A stretch of 63,377 nt of DNA, the filler included, from Octopus bimaculoides (Eukaryota): NCBI RefSeq assembly GCF_001194135.2. It is 6 parts of 6 records of this genome, joined end to end, with 100 filler letters (N's around TTAATTAATTAA, not from the genome) between each part and the next. Parts side by side here need not be neighbours in the genome. Positions count along the whole stretch, not along the records: positions 61,874 to 63,377 come from NC_068983.1; 5 more parts are not named here. The stretch is one strand, 5' to 3'. Under the pieces are notes generated by a model that was given only the letters and a program-made list of their open reading frames with translations, was not told the origin of the DNA and ran no database searches. A program made the translations under genes and the position numbers. Positions 62,433 to 63,377 of this stretch are shown piece by piece. The stretch's first letter is position 1. The number at the start of each line of letters is the position of its first letter.

Positions 62433-62786
62433 GAGTGAGAGAGCAGTGCATCCCACTCAAAAGGTCGCTGAATAAGGTTTGTTTAAAGATGTTGAACAAA
62501 ACACCCATGTATCCAAATGTGAATTATTCAAACCCCAAAGAATTCCTCTCAACACATGGCTATGATACTCCCCCATTACTTCTGCTCATGATCAGAGATG
62601 TACATATCGTCAGCCACTAAGGGACATGCTCAACTGGTTAAGATCAAGCAACTGACGAGCAAATCTGTGGTATTGAGCAGAATATTTGCTGTAGCCCATC
62701 TTTTATACCAAGACAAAGCAATGTATATGATAACACTTCCAGTCAGTTAAGATCGGAAGTCATGAGAGCCACTGCCATGTATTGCA
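62433..62786 (-). mobile_element. Non-coding interspersed element J ending in (AAT)n
   Basis: Complex 354-bp segment bounded by (ATT)n at 62413-62432 and 62787-62799; single copy in this window, so repeat status is inferred. Confidence 0.45.
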
Positions 62787-62799
62787 TATTATTATTATT

Positions 62800-63355
62800 G
62801 TTCAGTAGTTTTATTTTTATAACGTGCTTTCACTTCACTACCGAGCGCAGCTCTGTGCGCCTTGGGTATGTGCTGTGGTTTGCTGTGGGGCTCTTATGGT
62901 TACTGTATTGAAAGTGTTTTGCGTAGTATGTGTGCAGTGCCCAGTAGTGCAATTTTCTGTATGTTATATATATTTGTAAGTCTTGGTGATTTTGTTATGT
63001 ATTTGTCTGAACATTTTTTTTATTATACCTAAGGCACCTACTATGATAAGAATTATTTCTGTTTTTAGATTCCACATTCGAGTCACCTCTATTTCCAGGT
63101 CTTTGTATTTTGAAAGTTTTTCCATGTCTTTTAGAGAAACGTTGTCATCTGCTGGTATTGATACATCAATTAGAAAGCATTTTTTTTCTTCATGATCTTT
63201 GACAACTACATCTGGTCTATTTGCCTTAATTTCTCTATCTGTGTGTATTGGCATATCCCAGAGTATGGTTGCTTTCTCGTTTTCTGTGACCTTTTCTGGC
63301 GTGTGTTTATACCATCTTTTTTCTGTTGTTATTCCATAGTGTTGGCATAGCTTCC
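62800..63355 (-). mobile_element. R4/Dong-clade LINE, 5'-truncated 3' end with restriction-like endonuclease domain
   Basis: KATILWDMPIHTDREIKANRPDVVVKDHEEKKCFLIDVSIP...EKLSKYKDLEIEVTRMW...IIVGALG, one frameshift, KIALLGTAHILRKTLSIQ* (stop at 62900-62902), 100-bp UTR, (AAT)n on both sides. Confidence 0.88.
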
Positions 63356-63377
63356 TATTATTATTATTATTATTATT

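Noticed and set aside
62433-62786. 28S rRNA derivation of element J
   Set aside because: The short resemblances I noticed fall on opposite strands and are too weak to support without an alignment

Overview
AT-rich eukaryotic non-coding DNA, dense in microsatellites, with about 6 kb of N gaps. The repeat repertoire matches what I recall of octopus/cephalopod genomes; this is inference and the species is not shown by the sequence. No intact host gene is recognisable. Nearly all ORFs in the supplied track are translations of microsatellites, N gaps or decayed transposons. The window is a nested transposon landscape. (1) Several tRNA-headed SINE families, here labelled A1, A2, B, C, E and F, that visibly share and swap modules; several copies have perfect target-site duplications. 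(2) Non-LTR fragments: a CR1/L2-group RT, RTE pieces and an R4/Dong endonuclease 3' end. Three of these have the same microsatellite on both sides. (3) DNA transposon relics: mariner, a DD36E Incomer-type Tc1, a DD41D rosa/Visitor-type element, a Helitron helicase and at least five MITE types. (4) The 3' end of an LTR retrotransposon, probably Gypsy. The most unusual signal is a dispersed set of minimal hammerhead-ribozyme motifs with palindromic stem III, one with an intact catalytic core, in short Penelope-like terminal fragments. A few unique islands could be host exons or regulatory DNA but are weakly supported. Family names for SINE domains come from recalled consensus motifs, not from a database search.
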